From: Candidatus Multivoradales bacterium
Lineage (GTDB): Bacteria; Acidobacteriota; Thermoanaerobaculia; Multivoradales; JAHEKO01
Direction: 5' to 3'
Assembly (NCBI GenBank): GCA_965223155.1
Contig: CBDCVR010000013.1
Coordinates: 928,001-992,000, forward strand
Length of the DNA stretch: 64,000 nucleotides
The stretch's first letter is position 1. Each line of letters begins with the position of its first letter. Positions 8,178 through 17,431 of this stretch are shown piece after piece. Both the position numbers and the translations under genes were made by a program. The notes beneath the pieces were generated by a model, which saw only the letters and a list, made by a program, of their open reading frames with translations, was not told where the DNA came from and did no database searches.

Positions 8178-10112
8178 ATGCTTCGATCCGGCCGCGCCCC
8201 AAGCCATCGTTTCGCCTGGGTACTCGCGGTCGCTGCCGGTCCCGCTCTCGCCGGGGGCCAGGTCCCTTCGGTGCCCGCCGGATACGTTCCCGACGCCGCG
8301 TGTCGAGCGTGCCACCGGGAGGTCTACGACGCGTACCAGCACGTCGGCATGGCCAAGTCCTTCTCCCGGCCCCGAACCGACCGCCTGATCGAGGACTTCT
8401 CCACCGGCTATTACCACAAGCCGTCCGAACGCCACTACCGGGTGGAACAACGGGACGACGAGCTCTACTTCATCCGCTTCCAGCTCGATCCGAACGGCGG
8501 CGAGATCAACCGTGTCGAGCTCCGCATCGACTGGATCCTGGGCTCCGGACACACCAGCCGGACCTACCTTTACCAGACCGACTCGGGCGAGCTCTACCAG
8601 CTACCGATCGCCTGGTATTCGCAGACTTCCCGCTGGGCGATGGCTCCGGGCTTCGAGGCGGCGGATCACCTGGGGCTCACCCGCCGCGTTCGCCGCGAAT
8701 GCATGTTCTGCCACAACGCCTACCCTGGACCCGTGGACGATGCCGACGGCGCCGCGGCCGGCGGCTACTGGTCGGGCAACCGCTATCCGACCAACCTGCC
8801 GGAGGGGACGGGATGTCAACGCTGTCACGGTCCTGGAGCCGACCACATCCGGCTCGGTGTTGCGGGCGTCGAAGCCTGGGAGATCCGCTCGGCGATCGTC
8901 AACCCGGCCCGGCTCGACCCGAAGCTGGCGGCCGACGTCTGCTACTCCTGCCACCTCCAGCCCTCGGTGGCCCTCGTCGGGATCCGGAGATTCAACCGGC
9001 CGGTCTACTCGTTCCGGCCCGGCGAGCCCCTGCACGACTATCTGGTCTCGGTGGACGTCGAAGAGCGCGATCGCGACAAGGCCGACCGGTTCGAGATCAA
9101 TCACCATCCCTACCGCCTCGGGCAGAGCGCCTGCTTCCTGCGGAGCGAGGGGCGCTTGGGCTGCACCACCTGCCACGATCCTCACCGCAAGGTGGCGCCG
9201 GCCGAGCGCATCGCCCACTACCGGGCCGCGTGCCAATCCTGCCACGAACCAGATGCCTGCGGGCTCGACCACGGTGCTGGCGGGCCGGAGGCGGCCGCTG
9301 CCGCCACGAGCCCGGACGACTGCACCGCCTGCCACATGCCCCGGCGGCGCACCCAGGACGTGATCGAGGTGGTGATGACCGACCACAAGATCCGCCGCCG
9401 GCCGGGCGGGCCGGAGCTGGTCGCGCCTATCGCCAAGCGCGAACCGGCCCTGGTCGGAGTGACTCTGCTGCATCCCAAGACCGCCCCGTCCGGAGCCCGG
9501 GGCGAGGTCTATCGGGCAGCGGCCACCGCCCGGGTCGCGCCGACCCGAGACGCCATCGAGCACCTGCGCCGCGAGCTGCCGAAGGCCGGAATCCAGAGCT
9601 CGATTCCCCATCTCGACCTCGCCGCGGCTCTGCTCAAGAGCCAGCGCTGGGCGGACGTTCCGGACGCGCTGGCGCCGGTGCTGTCGACCGAAGCCGACCA
9701 TCCGCTCGCACTCGAGTGGCTGGGCACGGCCCGGGTCCGAACCGGGGCCGTCGAGGAAGGAATCCAACTGCTGCGGCGGGCGCTGGCGGGGAATGCCGAG
9801 CGGCCCGAGACGCACTTCAACCTCGCCCTCTTCCTGTTGCAGCAAGAGCGCACGGCGGACGCGGAGGCTGAGCTCGAGCGGGCTCTCGAGTTGCGCCCCA
9901 ACCTCGCCGCCGCCTGGTATTACCTGGGACACATTCGCCACGGGCGGGGCGAGCTCGAAACCGCCGTCGACGCCTTCAAACAGGCCCTGGCGATCGACCC
10001 CAGCTTCGGGCGCGCCTACACCGGCATTGTGCGCTCGCTGACCGCGGCCGGCAGGTCCGGCGAGGCGGATCGGTACCTGGCCCACGGCCGGGCGGTGGCT
10101 AGGAGCCCATAG
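8178..10112 (+). CDS. Exported multiheme c-type cytochrome (7 CxxCH) with C-terminal TPR repeats
   Basis: Signal peptide (ALA|G); CRACH, CMFCH, CQRCH, CYSCH, CTTCH, CQSCH, CTACH; TPR-like AWYYLG...ALAIDP repeats. Confidence 0.88.
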   Translation: MLRSGRAPSHRFAWVLAVAAGPALAGGQVPSVPAGYVPDAACRACHREVYDAYQHVGMAKSFSRPRTDRLIEDFSTGYYHKPSERHYRVEQRDDELYFIRFQLDPNGGEINRVELRIDWILGSGHTSRTYLYQTDSGELYQLPIAWYSQTSRWAMAPGFEAADHLGLTRRVRRECMFCHNAYPGPVDDADGAAAGGYWSGNRYPTNLPEGTGCQRCHGPGADHIRLGVAGVEAWEIRSAIVNPARLDPKLAADVCYSCHLQPSVALVGIRRFNRPVYSFRPGEPLHDYLVSVDVEERDRDKADRFEINHHPYRLGQSACFLRSEGRLGCTTCHDPHRKVAPAERIAHYRAACQSCHEPDACGLDHGAGGPEAAAAATSPDDCTACHMPRRRTQDVIEVVMTDHKIRRRPGGPELVAPIAKREPALVGVTLLHPKTAPSGARGEVYRAAATARVAPTRDAIEHLRRELPKAGIQSSIPHLDLAAALLKSQRWADVPDALAPVLSTEADHPLALEWLGTARVRTGAVEEGIQLLRRALAGNAERPETHFNLALFLLQQERTADAEAELERALELRPNLAAAWYYLGHIRHGRGELETAVDAFKQALAIDPSFGRAYTGIVRSLTAAGRSGEADRYLAHGRAVARSP

Positions 10113-10178
10113 TAGAGACCGGAGTTTGGTCACCGGCGGGGCCAACGGTTCCGGCTAGGAGCCTGGAAGAGTCCCTGG

Positions 10179-11123
10179 CTAGGCTCGCGTCGAGTTCCTC
10201 GGCGTGGCCGGCGCCGCCTCCAACACCCGAGCCGTGTGCCGGGCCCGCTCGATCCAGAAGGCACGGATACGAGACGGCCCGACACCAGCCACGAGCCGGT
10301 CGGCACTTCGCCGGGCCTCAGCCGCCAGCCAGTGGACGGTATCGGCCGGCGCTTGTCCCAGGAGGGCCCGCAGAGCGTAGCGGCGCTCGGCTTGCCGTGC
10401 CACGACGCCGAGGGCTCGAGCGCAGCGTTCGAGGTCCGAGCGCACCACCAGGAAGCCCGACCGGACCGGGGCCAGCAAGGCGTCGAGAAGATCGTCGAGA
10501 CTCTCCGCATCCTCGGGCAACGGCCTGTTGGCCCGCAGAGGAAGCGGCAGCTCGCCTCCGGCCGGCAGGGTCGCGAGCTCCGCTTCCAAGGCTCGCCCCA
10601 GCAGCCGACCCCAGTCTTCGTAGACGGGGGTGGCAAGCTCGTCCAGCTTGTCCAGGAAAGGCGGCAGCCAGCTCGCCAGGTGCTCCCAGAGGAGGGCTTG
10701 GCGCGCGCTCCGAATCTTCGCTCTGAGCCCCTCCCGAGGCCGTCCGTCGCCGGCGCCGTCCCGGTCCTCTCGATCGTCCCAGTTCTCGCGATCCTCGCGA
10801 TCGGGCCGGTCGGACTCGGCCTCGGCATCCAGCAGGGCGGCGTACTGGCCCAGCAGTACCGGCAAGTGATCGGGCTCGGGGACCGGCGTCTGACCGAGGG
10901 CGCGCCAGAAGCCGGCGACGCGATCCCGGGCCTCGCCGCCCAGCATCCCTTCTTCGCCCAGGTACACCGAGGCGTAGGGATAGAGCTGGAGTACGAAGAG
11001 CTCCGTGTAGCGCGCGGCGGACGGTTGCTCCAGGCCGAGCGCCTGGCAAACCGCGGCGTGCTCCGGAACCGGAGGCTCGGCCAGCACCGCCAAGGCGCGC
11101 AGCAGCTCGGCGCGGGCCGCCAT
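10179..11123 (-). CDS. TorD/DmsD-family redox enzyme maturation chaperone
   Basis: YTELFV...PYASVYLG, PEPDHL, EHLASWLPPF; directly downstream of the Mo-enzyme. Start set at ATG 11123. Confidence 0.88.
   Translation of the reverse strand: MAARAELLRALAVLAEPPVPEHAAVCQALGLEQPSAARYTELFVLQLYPYASVYLGEEGMLGGEARDRVAGFWRALGQTPVPEPDHLPVLLGQYAALLDAEAESDRPDREDRENWDDREDRDGAGDGRPREGLRAKIRSARQALLWEHLASWLPPFLDKLDELATPVYEDWGRLLGRALEAELATLPAGGELPLPLRANRPLPEDAESLDDLLDALLAPVRSGFLVVRSDLERCARALGVVARQAERRYALRALLGQAPADTVHWLAAEARRSADRLVAGVGPSRIRAFWIERARHTARVLEAAPATPRNSTRA
10758..10811. repeat. Six degenerate 9-bp tandem units inside the TorD gene (DRP-DRE-DRE-NWD-DRE-DRD)
   Basis: gtcccggtc ctctcgatc gtcccagtt ctcgcgatc ctcgcgatc gggccggtc. 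Confidence 0.7.
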
Positions 11124-11170
11124 GCCGCGCGAGTCCAAGCCGGCGCCGTGGCCCAAGCTCAAAACAGGCC

Positions 11171-14137
11171 TCAGGGCAGGCGGAAGGCTTCCTTGACCGG
11201 CTTCACGGGACGCATGAGCCAGTGCGGCCGCCGGGTGCCGTCGGGCGAGTGGTCGGCGGCGGAGCGAGTCTTCGCGAGCCAGTCCTTGTAGACCTCGTGC
11301 GCTTTGTCGATGTCCGCCCAGATGTCGCCGTATGCGTCGTCGGGACCGGCCGGCCGCACGCGCACCGCCTGGTGCCAGCAGTGCGCGCCCGAGATGGGAT
11401 CGGGATGCACGGGAAAGGTCAGATTCTGGTGCACGCCGACGTCGCTCCACCAGATCCGGGAGGTGTCGGGATCGCTCGATGCGTAAGGCCGCGCGCCTCG
11501 CCGGCGCCGGATGCTCCAACCGTCCTCGCCGGAGTCCGAGCCCGCCGGCCGGTCGAGCGCCACGGTGGCCATCAGCTGGCCCTGGCCCTCGGCGGCGTGC
11601 TCCTGGAGCTTCCAGCGGCCCATGTGATGCGAGCAGGCCACCACGCCCGGCTTGATTCCTTCCGTGACCCACGCCTTGACCACGAAGTAGCCGATCTGGG
11701 TCTCGACCCGGACCAGATCGCCGGTCTCGACTCCGAGGGGCTCCGCCTGGGAGGGATGAATCCAGAGCGGGTTGGTGTGGGCGATCTCGTCCAGCCACTT
11801 GGCGTTGGCGCTCCGGGTGTGGATCTGCACAGGCAGGCGAAAGGTCGAGATCAGGGTCGACTGCCCCGGCTCCAGGACCGCCGGATGGACGTGACTCCGG
11901 ATGTAGGTGGGAACCGCGTATTCCTCCCAGCCCCACCGCGCCAGGGTCGAGGAGTAGAACTCCAGCCGTCCGGAGGGCGTCGGAAAACCGCGCAAGATCC
12001 GCTCTCCGACCCGTACCCCCACCGGCCGCCGGCCATCGGCGTCGGGCCCGGGCGCACCGGTGGGAGCCAGGTTCACCGGCGGCGGCGCGGCGGCCCGGGT
12101 ATAGACGCGGCCGAACTCGTCCTCGGCCGGATCCTCGAGCTGGTCGTCCGCGACGACCTCCTCGTAGAGCGGGCCGACGTCGGCCGCCACTTCGAACGCA
12201 CCGTAGCGGCGCATGTACTCGAGCGGCTCGAGTCCCTCGGCGGCGGCGGCCTCGGGCAGGCCCGGAACCGAGTTCTCGAAGATGTAGCCGTAGTACTCGT
12301 CGACCGTGAGCCGGTGCCCCGGTCTCCGCTGCGACTCGACAAAGGACCGAATCCCCAACTCGCCGTCGGGATCGATCCGCCAGGAGAGCTCGAGCCAGAA
12401 CTCGTTCTCCTCCCAGACCTCGCCCGGGTTGACCGCCCGGGTGTCGTCCACCGGCTCGCCCAGGCGCTCGCGCGCCGCCCGCAGCACCGGCTGCCGGAAG
12501 CCGATCCACTGGCCGTCGTGGGTCTCGTACGAGTGCAGGTCGTGGCGCTCCGAGGAGTGCCCCATGGGCAAGACGTAGTCCGCGAAGTAGGCGGTCTCGT
12601 TCCAGGTCGGGGTCAGGGCCACGTGCAGCCCGACCCGCTCCGGATCGGTCAGCATCTCGATCCAGGAAAACCCGTCCGGGTTGGTCCAGACCGGGTTGTA
12701 GACCCGGGAGAAATAGACGTCCAGCCGGCCGCGGCCCTCCTTGACGAGGTGCGGCAAGAGAAACGACACCTCGTTCATGATGAGGGGATATTCCACCGGC
12801 CAGGTCAGCTCGTTCCAGTGCTCGGGGTGGCGTGGCAGACGGATCGGCCGCGGCACGAACTTGTTCCAGGCGTTGGGATAGGTCCCGCCGGGGGTCGCGA
12901 CCGCGCCCAGAAGAGCGTTCAGGAAGAACAGGGTGCGCGACACCTGCCAGCCGCCCTCGTTGCCGGCGGCGGCACTGCGCCAGTTATGGGTCGAGAGGCG
13001 GGTGCCCGCGCCCGCGACGGTCACAGCGACCCGCCGGATCGTGTCGGCATCGACTCCGGTCTCGGCCGCCGCAAACTCGAAGGTAAAGGCCTCGTACTCG
13101 GCTTTCAGCATGCGCTCGAAGTTGGCGAACGTCGGGTCGAGGCCGGGATGGGCAGCCGCCAGGTACTCCCGCCAGTTGAACCAACGCTCGACAAAGCTCT
13201 TGTCGTAGAGGTCGTTCTGGATCAGGTGGTTGGCGATCGCCAGCAGCAGTGCGGCCTCCGAGCCGGGCTGGGTCGCCAGCCAGAAGTCGGCGTGGGTCGC
13301 GGTGTTCGACAACCGGGTGTCAACCACGATCAGCTTGGCGCCGCGTTGCTTGGCCTCGATGACACGCTGGGCGTGCGGGTTGAAGTAGTGCCCGGTCTCG
13401 AGGTGCGCGCTGACCAAGAGAATCACTTCGGCGCGGGCGTGGTCGGGACTGGGCCGATCGATGCCGGTCCAGAACTGGTAGCCCGCCCGGGCGCCGGAAG
13501 AACAGATGTTGGTGTGCGAGTTGTGGCCATCCACGCCCCAGGCCGCCAGCAGACGTTCGGCAAAGCCGTCCTCGCCGGGCCGGCCGACGTGGTACATGAC
13601 CTCGCCCTGGCGCTCTTCCCGGATGGCCGTCGCGATCCTGGCGGCGATGTCTTCGAGGGCCTCGTCCCAGGAGACCTGCGTCCAGCGTCCCTGCCCCCGC
13701 TCGCCCGCGCGCTTCAGGGGCTGGAGGATGCGGTCGGGGTCGGTGATCTGGTTGTGCGTCGCCGGACCCTTGGCGCAATTCCTGCCACGCGAGCCTGGAT
13801 GCTCCGGGTTGCCCTCGAACTTCCGCACCTCCAGGGAATCCCGGTCCACATAGGCCAGGAGCCCGCAGGCGGACTCACAGTTGAAACAGGTGGTGGGCAC
13901 CAGCATGTAGTGCTTCTCCACCCGCCGGGGCCAGGACTTTGCGTCCAGCTCGACCCAGTCGTCCCAACGTTCCTTGGGAGGAAACGAAGCCAGATGCACG
14001 CGGCTGGCCCCCGGATAGAAGGTCTCGCCTCGGGCCTCGGTGTCTCGCCGGGCGGCGCTCACCCTGCGGCCGAGGGCCTCGAGGCCGGCGTCGGGCCGGG
14101 CTCCGGCGGTATCGGCGCGCCCGTCGTTGCCACTCAT
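11171..14137 (-). CDS. Molybdopterin (Mo-bisPGD) oxidoreductase catalytic subunit, Psr/Phs/Arr-like clade
   Basis: TTCFNCESACG...RNCAKG [4Fe-4S] motif, HTNICSS probable Cys ligand, ETAYFADYVLP, TPSGRLEFYS, C-terminal LWIHP...GDLVRVET. ATG 14137 overlaps the upstream TGA (ATGA). Confidence 0.92.
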   Translation of the reverse strand: MSGNDGRADTAGARPDAGLEALGRRVSAARRDTEARGETFYPGASRVHLASFPPKERWDDWVELDAKSWPRRVEKHYMLVPTTCFNCESACGLLAYVDRDSLEVRKFEGNPEHPGSRGRNCAKGPATHNQITDPDRILQPLKRAGERGQGRWTQVSWDEALEDIAARIATAIREERQGEVMYHVGRPGEDGFAERLLAAWGVDGHNSHTNICSSGARAGYQFWTGIDRPSPDHARAEVILLVSAHLETGHYFNPHAQRVIEAKQRGAKLIVVDTRLSNTATHADFWLATQPGSEAALLLAIANHLIQNDLYDKSFVERWFNWREYLAAAHPGLDPTFANFERMLKAEYEAFTFEFAAAETGVDADTIRRVAVTVAGAGTRLSTHNWRSAAAGNEGGWQVSRTLFFLNALLGAVATPGGTYPNAWNKFVPRPIRLPRHPEHWNELTWPVEYPLIMNEVSFLLPHLVKEGRGRLDVYFSRVYNPVWTNPDGFSWIEMLTDPERVGLHVALTPTWNETAYFADYVLPMGHSSERHDLHSYETHDGQWIGFRQPVLRAARERLGEPVDDTRAVNPGEVWEENEFWLELSWRIDPDGELGIRSFVESQRRPGHRLTVDEYYGYIFENSVPGLPEAAAAEGLEPLEYMRRYGAFEVAADVGPLYEEVVADDQLEDPAEDEFGRVYTRAAAPPPVNLAPTGAPGPDADGRRPVGVRVGERILRGFPTPSGRLEFYSSTLARWGWEEYAVPTYIRSHVHPAVLEPGQSTLISTFRLPVQIHTRSANAKWLDEIAHTNPLWIHPSQAEPLGVETGDLVRVETQIGYFVVKAWVTEGIKPGVVACSHHMGRWKLQEHAAEGQGQLMATVALDRPAGSDSGEDGWSIRRRRGARPYASSDPDTSRIWWSDVGVHQNLTFPVHPDPISGAHCWHQAVRVRPAGPDDAYGDIWADIDKAHEVYKDWLAKTRSAADHSPDGTRRPHWLMRPVKPVKEAFRLP

Positions 14138-15774
14138 GCCAGAGGCACCGCCTGGCCCGCTTGCACGTAGGCGTGCTCGTAGGCGAGAAGTCCGGCGAGC
14201 GCCGCCAAGGCGGCCAGCGACAGCAAGCCCGCCGAGCCGGCCGGGGGCAGCGTGCCCAGCACGCCCAGCATGCTGGGCCAGGGGGCCGCCGCGGCCAGCG
14301 CGACCAGGACGAGACTCGCCCGGAACCAGGCCCTGAAGCGGCCCGAGGTCATCTCCCAGGACGCCAGCCGGGCGTGGGCGGTCGCGTGCGGCAGAGTCAC
14401 CTCGCCCAAGACCAGGAGCAAATGAACCGCCGCACCGATGCCCACGATGCGGGTCAGACCCAGAACCGCGCTCGGCTCGACGACAAAGGCCAGCGGCAGC
14501 AGCGCGGCCCCGCCGGCTAGCAGCGACTGCACCAGCAGATGGGGCGGCAGAAGCGGGCTCTGCCAGAGGTCGCGCGCCTTGGACTGGGCGAAGAGGTAGG
14601 CGGTGTAGACCGCGGTGAGCACGGCCAGCGGCACGCCCACGACCGCGATCCATCCCTGCGGGCCGGCACGGCCGGCGAGACCAGCCAGCAAATGGAGACC
14701 AAGAACCACGGAGTAGCCGGCAATCGCGAACGCTCCCCGTACCAGCCAACTCCGCCAGTGGGGACGGGTGAAGATGAGATAGAAGCGCGCGGGCTTGTCC
14801 AGATCCCAGATCAGGAGGAGCCCGGTAAGCGCCAGAAACACCGCGCCCACGATCGGCGCCGCCCAGACCCAGAGCGCGCTGTGAGCCGGGATGGCGCCGC
14901 TCGCCACGAGCAGGAGCGCCGCCAGATAGGCGCCGGCGGCAACGCCCTTGGTCAAGGTGTAGAGACTGACCCGCCAATCCCAGGGGGCCTTGTGCGGAAC
15001 GTCGTAGGCCAGGACCGCGGCCGCGGACGAGTTGCCCGCCAGGCCGCGGCCGTCAGGGCTCCCTGGCGCATCGGCCGGAGAACCCGACACCACCCGGCCG
15101 GCTCCGGTCGTCTGCTCGCTCCACAGGAACATCTCGCCGGCCGGCCGTTCGGCCGCCAGCGGATCCAGGGTCGCCTGGTGCGCGCCCCGGTAGAACAGCT
15201 TGGGATGGGTCTCCTTCTCCGGCCGGCGCACGCTGACCGGCTCGCGATAGACGGTCTGCGCCACCCGGGAGTCGCGGTCGTTCAGGTCCCCGACCGCGAT
15301 CGCCTCGGTCGGACAGACGACCACGCACGCCGGCTCCAGGCCGACGTCGATCCGGTGCGCGCAGAAGTTGCACTTCTCGGCAGTGTGATCCTCGGGATTG
15401 ATGAAGATGGCGTCGTAGGGACAGGCGGCGATGCAGGCCTTGCAGCCAATGCAGACGTCCTTGTCGAAGTCCACGATGCCGTCGGGCCGGGCGTACATGG
15501 CCGTCGTCGGACAGGCATGGGTACAGGGAGCGTCCGCGCACTGGTTGCAACGCGTGACCTGAAACGACCGCCGCACTTGCGGAAAGAGGCCCACGTCCAC
15601 GTACTTGACGTAGGTCCGGTGGACGCCGAGCGGAACCTCGTTTTCCGACTTGCAGGCGGTCGAGCACGCGTGGCAGCCGATGCAGCTCTCGTGATCGACG
15701 ACCTTGGCCCAGCGGGCGGCGGCCGCTCCTCCGCTCTCGTCCGACACGGCCGCACGATCGAGCGTCGACGCCAC
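14134..15774 (-). CDS. Fused 4x[4Fe-4S] electron-transfer subunit (NrfC/PsrB-like) + NrfD/PsrC membrane anchor
   Basis: CIGCHACSTAC, CNQCADAPCTHACP, CIGCKACIAACP, CNFC...ACVVVCP, then multi-TM region with DLDKPARF...SWLVRG. Confidence 0.92.
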   Translation of the reverse strand: MASTLDRAAVSDESGGAAAARWAKVVDHESCIGCHACSTACKSENEVPLGVHRTYVKYVDVGLFPQVRRSFQVTRCNQCADAPCTHACPTTAMYARPDGIVDFDKDVCIGCKACIAACPYDAIFINPEDHTAEKCNFCAHRIDVGLEPACVVVCPTEAIAVGDLNDRDSRVAQTVYREPVSVRRPEKETHPKLFYRGAHQATLDPLAAERPAGEMFLWSEQTTGAGRVVSGSPADAPGSPDGRGLAGNSSAAAVLAYDVPHKAPWDWRVSLYTLTKGVAAGAYLAALLLVASGAIPAHSALWVWAAPIVGAVFLALTGLLLIWDLDKPARFYLIFTRPHWRSWLVRGAFAIAGYSVVLGLHLLAGLAGRAGPQGWIAVVGVPLAVLTAVYTAYLFAQSKARDLWQSPLLPPHLLVQSLLAGGAALLPLAFVVEPSAVLGLTRIVGIGAAVHLLLVLGEVTLPHATAHARLASWEMTSGRFRAWFRASLVLVALAAAAPWPSMLGVLGTLPPAGSAGLLSLAALAALAGLLAYEHAYVQAGQAVPLA

Positions 15775-15794
15775 CGGCTAGCCCGATCTTCCGC

Positions 15795-16211
15795 TCAATG
15801 GGGCAGCCGGGAGCGCAGCGCTCCATACGTCCAGGTGCCCAGCATGGCCGCTGCCAGCACCGCCAGCATCACCCAGATTCCGTGGCCGAGAAGAGCGAAG
15901 ATGGGGCCCGGACAGGCGCCGATCAGCCCCCAGCCCAGGCCGAAGCAGCATCCGCCGATCCAGTACCGATGGCCTTTGTCCAACACCTTGGCGGGAATGT
16001 GGATGGGTTCGCCGCCCAACGCCCTGAGCTCCAACCGCCGCACGACCTGGATGCCGAGCAAAGCCACGGCGACTCCGGTTCCCAGAACCCCGTACATGTG
16101 AAAGCTCTCGAACCGAAACATCTCTTGAATGCGAAACCAGGAAATGATCTGGGACTGGGTGGCGACCACCCCGAAGTAGATCCCGGCCAGGAAGTACGGA
16201 ACGAGCCTCAC
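15795..16211 (-). CDS. YeeE/YedE-family sulfur-compound transporter, second half
   Basis: FGLGWGLIGACPGP motif, about 4 TM; GTGA overlap with the upstream gene. Confidence 0.88.
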   Translation of the reverse strand: MRLVPYFLAGIYFGVVATQSQIISWFRIQEMFRFESFHMYGVLGTGVAVALLGIQVVRRLELRALGGEPIHIPAKVLDKGHRYWIGGCCFGLGWGLIGACPGPIFALLGHGIWVMLAVLAAAMLGTWTYGALRSRLPH

Positions 16212-16780
16212 CCCAGCATCCTCAGAAGAATCGGCAGGATCAAGCGACTCGAGACCAGGCCGCCGGCGAAAAACCCCAGCACCGCCAGGAGCGAGCCCAC
16301 CTGGAGGTTGGCGAGTCCCGAGATGGCATGGCCCGAGGTACAGCCGCCCGCGTAGCGCGCGCCGAAGCCGACGAGGAAGGCCCCGCCAACGACGATGAGA
16401 AAGCCCGGCAGGGTCGCCAGAGCGGGCCAGGTAAAGAGCTCGGCCGGCACCGGTCCGGACAGATCGCTGAGGCCGTGCTCGGTGACGAAGCTAGCCGTCG
16501 CCGGGGCGATCTCTACCTGGTGCGATCCTCCCAGCCAGGTGGCCGCCAGCCAGCCGCCGGCAATGATGCCCGCGGCGAAGACCAGGTTCCACAGGCCCGT
16601 GCCCAGCCAGTCATACCGGAAGAACTCCTGGCGGGTCGGTAGCAGCGCCGCGCACAAGTGGCGCATATTGCTGGAGATGCCGAACATCTTGCCGCCCACG
16701 AGCAGCAGCAGCGGCACCGTCAACCCGACGAGGGGGCCGGCGACATACCAGGGCCAGGGCTGCGCGAGAGTCTCCAACAC
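16208..16780 (-). CDS. YeeE/YedE-family sulfur-compound transporter, first half
   Basis: [35 protein letters not shown]. Confidence 0.9.
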   Translation of the reverse strand: MLETLAQPWPWYVAGPLVGLTVPLLLLVGGKMFGISSNMRHLCAALLPTRQEFFRYDWLGTGLWNLVFAAGIIAGGWLAATWLGGSHQVEIAPATASFVTEHGLSDLSGPVPAELFTWPALATLPGFLIVVGGAFLVGFGARYAGGCTSGHAISGLANLQVGSLLAVLGFFAGGLVSSRLILPILLRMLG

Positions 16781-16864
16781 GTCCGTACCAGGGTGCCCGA
16801 AAGGTATCCGGTCTCCCGATCGACTGCAAGAGCCAGCGACCTCACCAACCCTCGTGCCTCGGGA

Positions 16865-17392
16865 TCAGCCATAGGTCCTTCCTCGATGCCGGATCCAGCC
16901 GTCCTGATGCCGGCCCTGGGGATCGTGGTGGGTCCAGTGAATCACGCCCCCGCGCTGGTTCCACTCGTACTCTCCCCGCACCTCGACTGAATCGCCGCGG
17001 CGCAAGGGCACCCGGTCGGCCAAGTCGATGTTGTGGGCAACGAGCACGGTGTGCCCACCGGCCAGCTCGAGGATAAAACGCTGATGGCGCGATCCCTTGA
17101 GGTCGTCGGCGAGCACACGGCTCACCTTCCCCGGCACGGTGACCAGGACATCGGACCGCCGCTCGGCAAAGGCTCGCTCGATGAGGCTCTCGGAGCTCGA
17201 ACCCCGACCGTCGGCGGATGGAACCGGGGCCGGAACCGAGGACGGCTCAGTCCCCCGCTCGACCGGAGCCGGAGACCCCGAGGAGCCCAGCCAACCGCCG
17301 ACTCGCTGGAGCACTTGCACGCCGAAGAAGACCGCGAGCACCAGAGCCATGGCCAGCACCCGGCGGGAAACGAACGGAGCGGGCAATCTCAT
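16865..17392 (-). CDS. DUF3465-family (OB-fold-like) membrane-anchored protein
   Basis: [27 protein letters not shown]...[14 protein letters not shown]. Confidence 0.85.
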   Translation of the reverse strand: MRLPAPFVSRRVLAMALVLAVFFGVQVLQRVGGWLGSSGSPAPVERGTEPSSVPAPVPSADGRGSSSESLIERAFAERRSDVLVTVPGKVSRVLADDLKGSRHQRFILELAGGHTVLVAHNIDLADRVPLRRGDSVEVRGEYEWNQRGGVIHWTHHDPQGRHQDGWIRHRGRTYG

Positions 17393-17431
17393 CGCGTCTT
17401 CATCCTTCGAGGCCTCCGGCGGGGCGCTTGG

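Noticed and set aside
11171-14137. Selenocysteine or Tat signal in the Mo enzyme
   Set aside because: No in-frame TGA; the N-terminal RR pairs lack the FLK-like consensus and hydrophobic h-region
11222-14170. 982-aa plus-strand ORF and many similar long antisense or alternative-frame ORFs (e.g. 2579-4567, 24529-27183, 44589-46454, 56887-58209)
   Set aside because: Shadow ORFs of motif-bearing genes in high-GC DNA; Arg/Pro/Gly-rich or mirror-codon composition with no recognisable motifs
10179-14977. ORF-track lengths of 776 aa (TorD) and 1268 aa (Mo enzyme) suggesting large fusions
   Set aside because: The N-terminal extensions overlap the upstream real genes in another frame; ATG 11123 and the coupled ATG 14137 fit better
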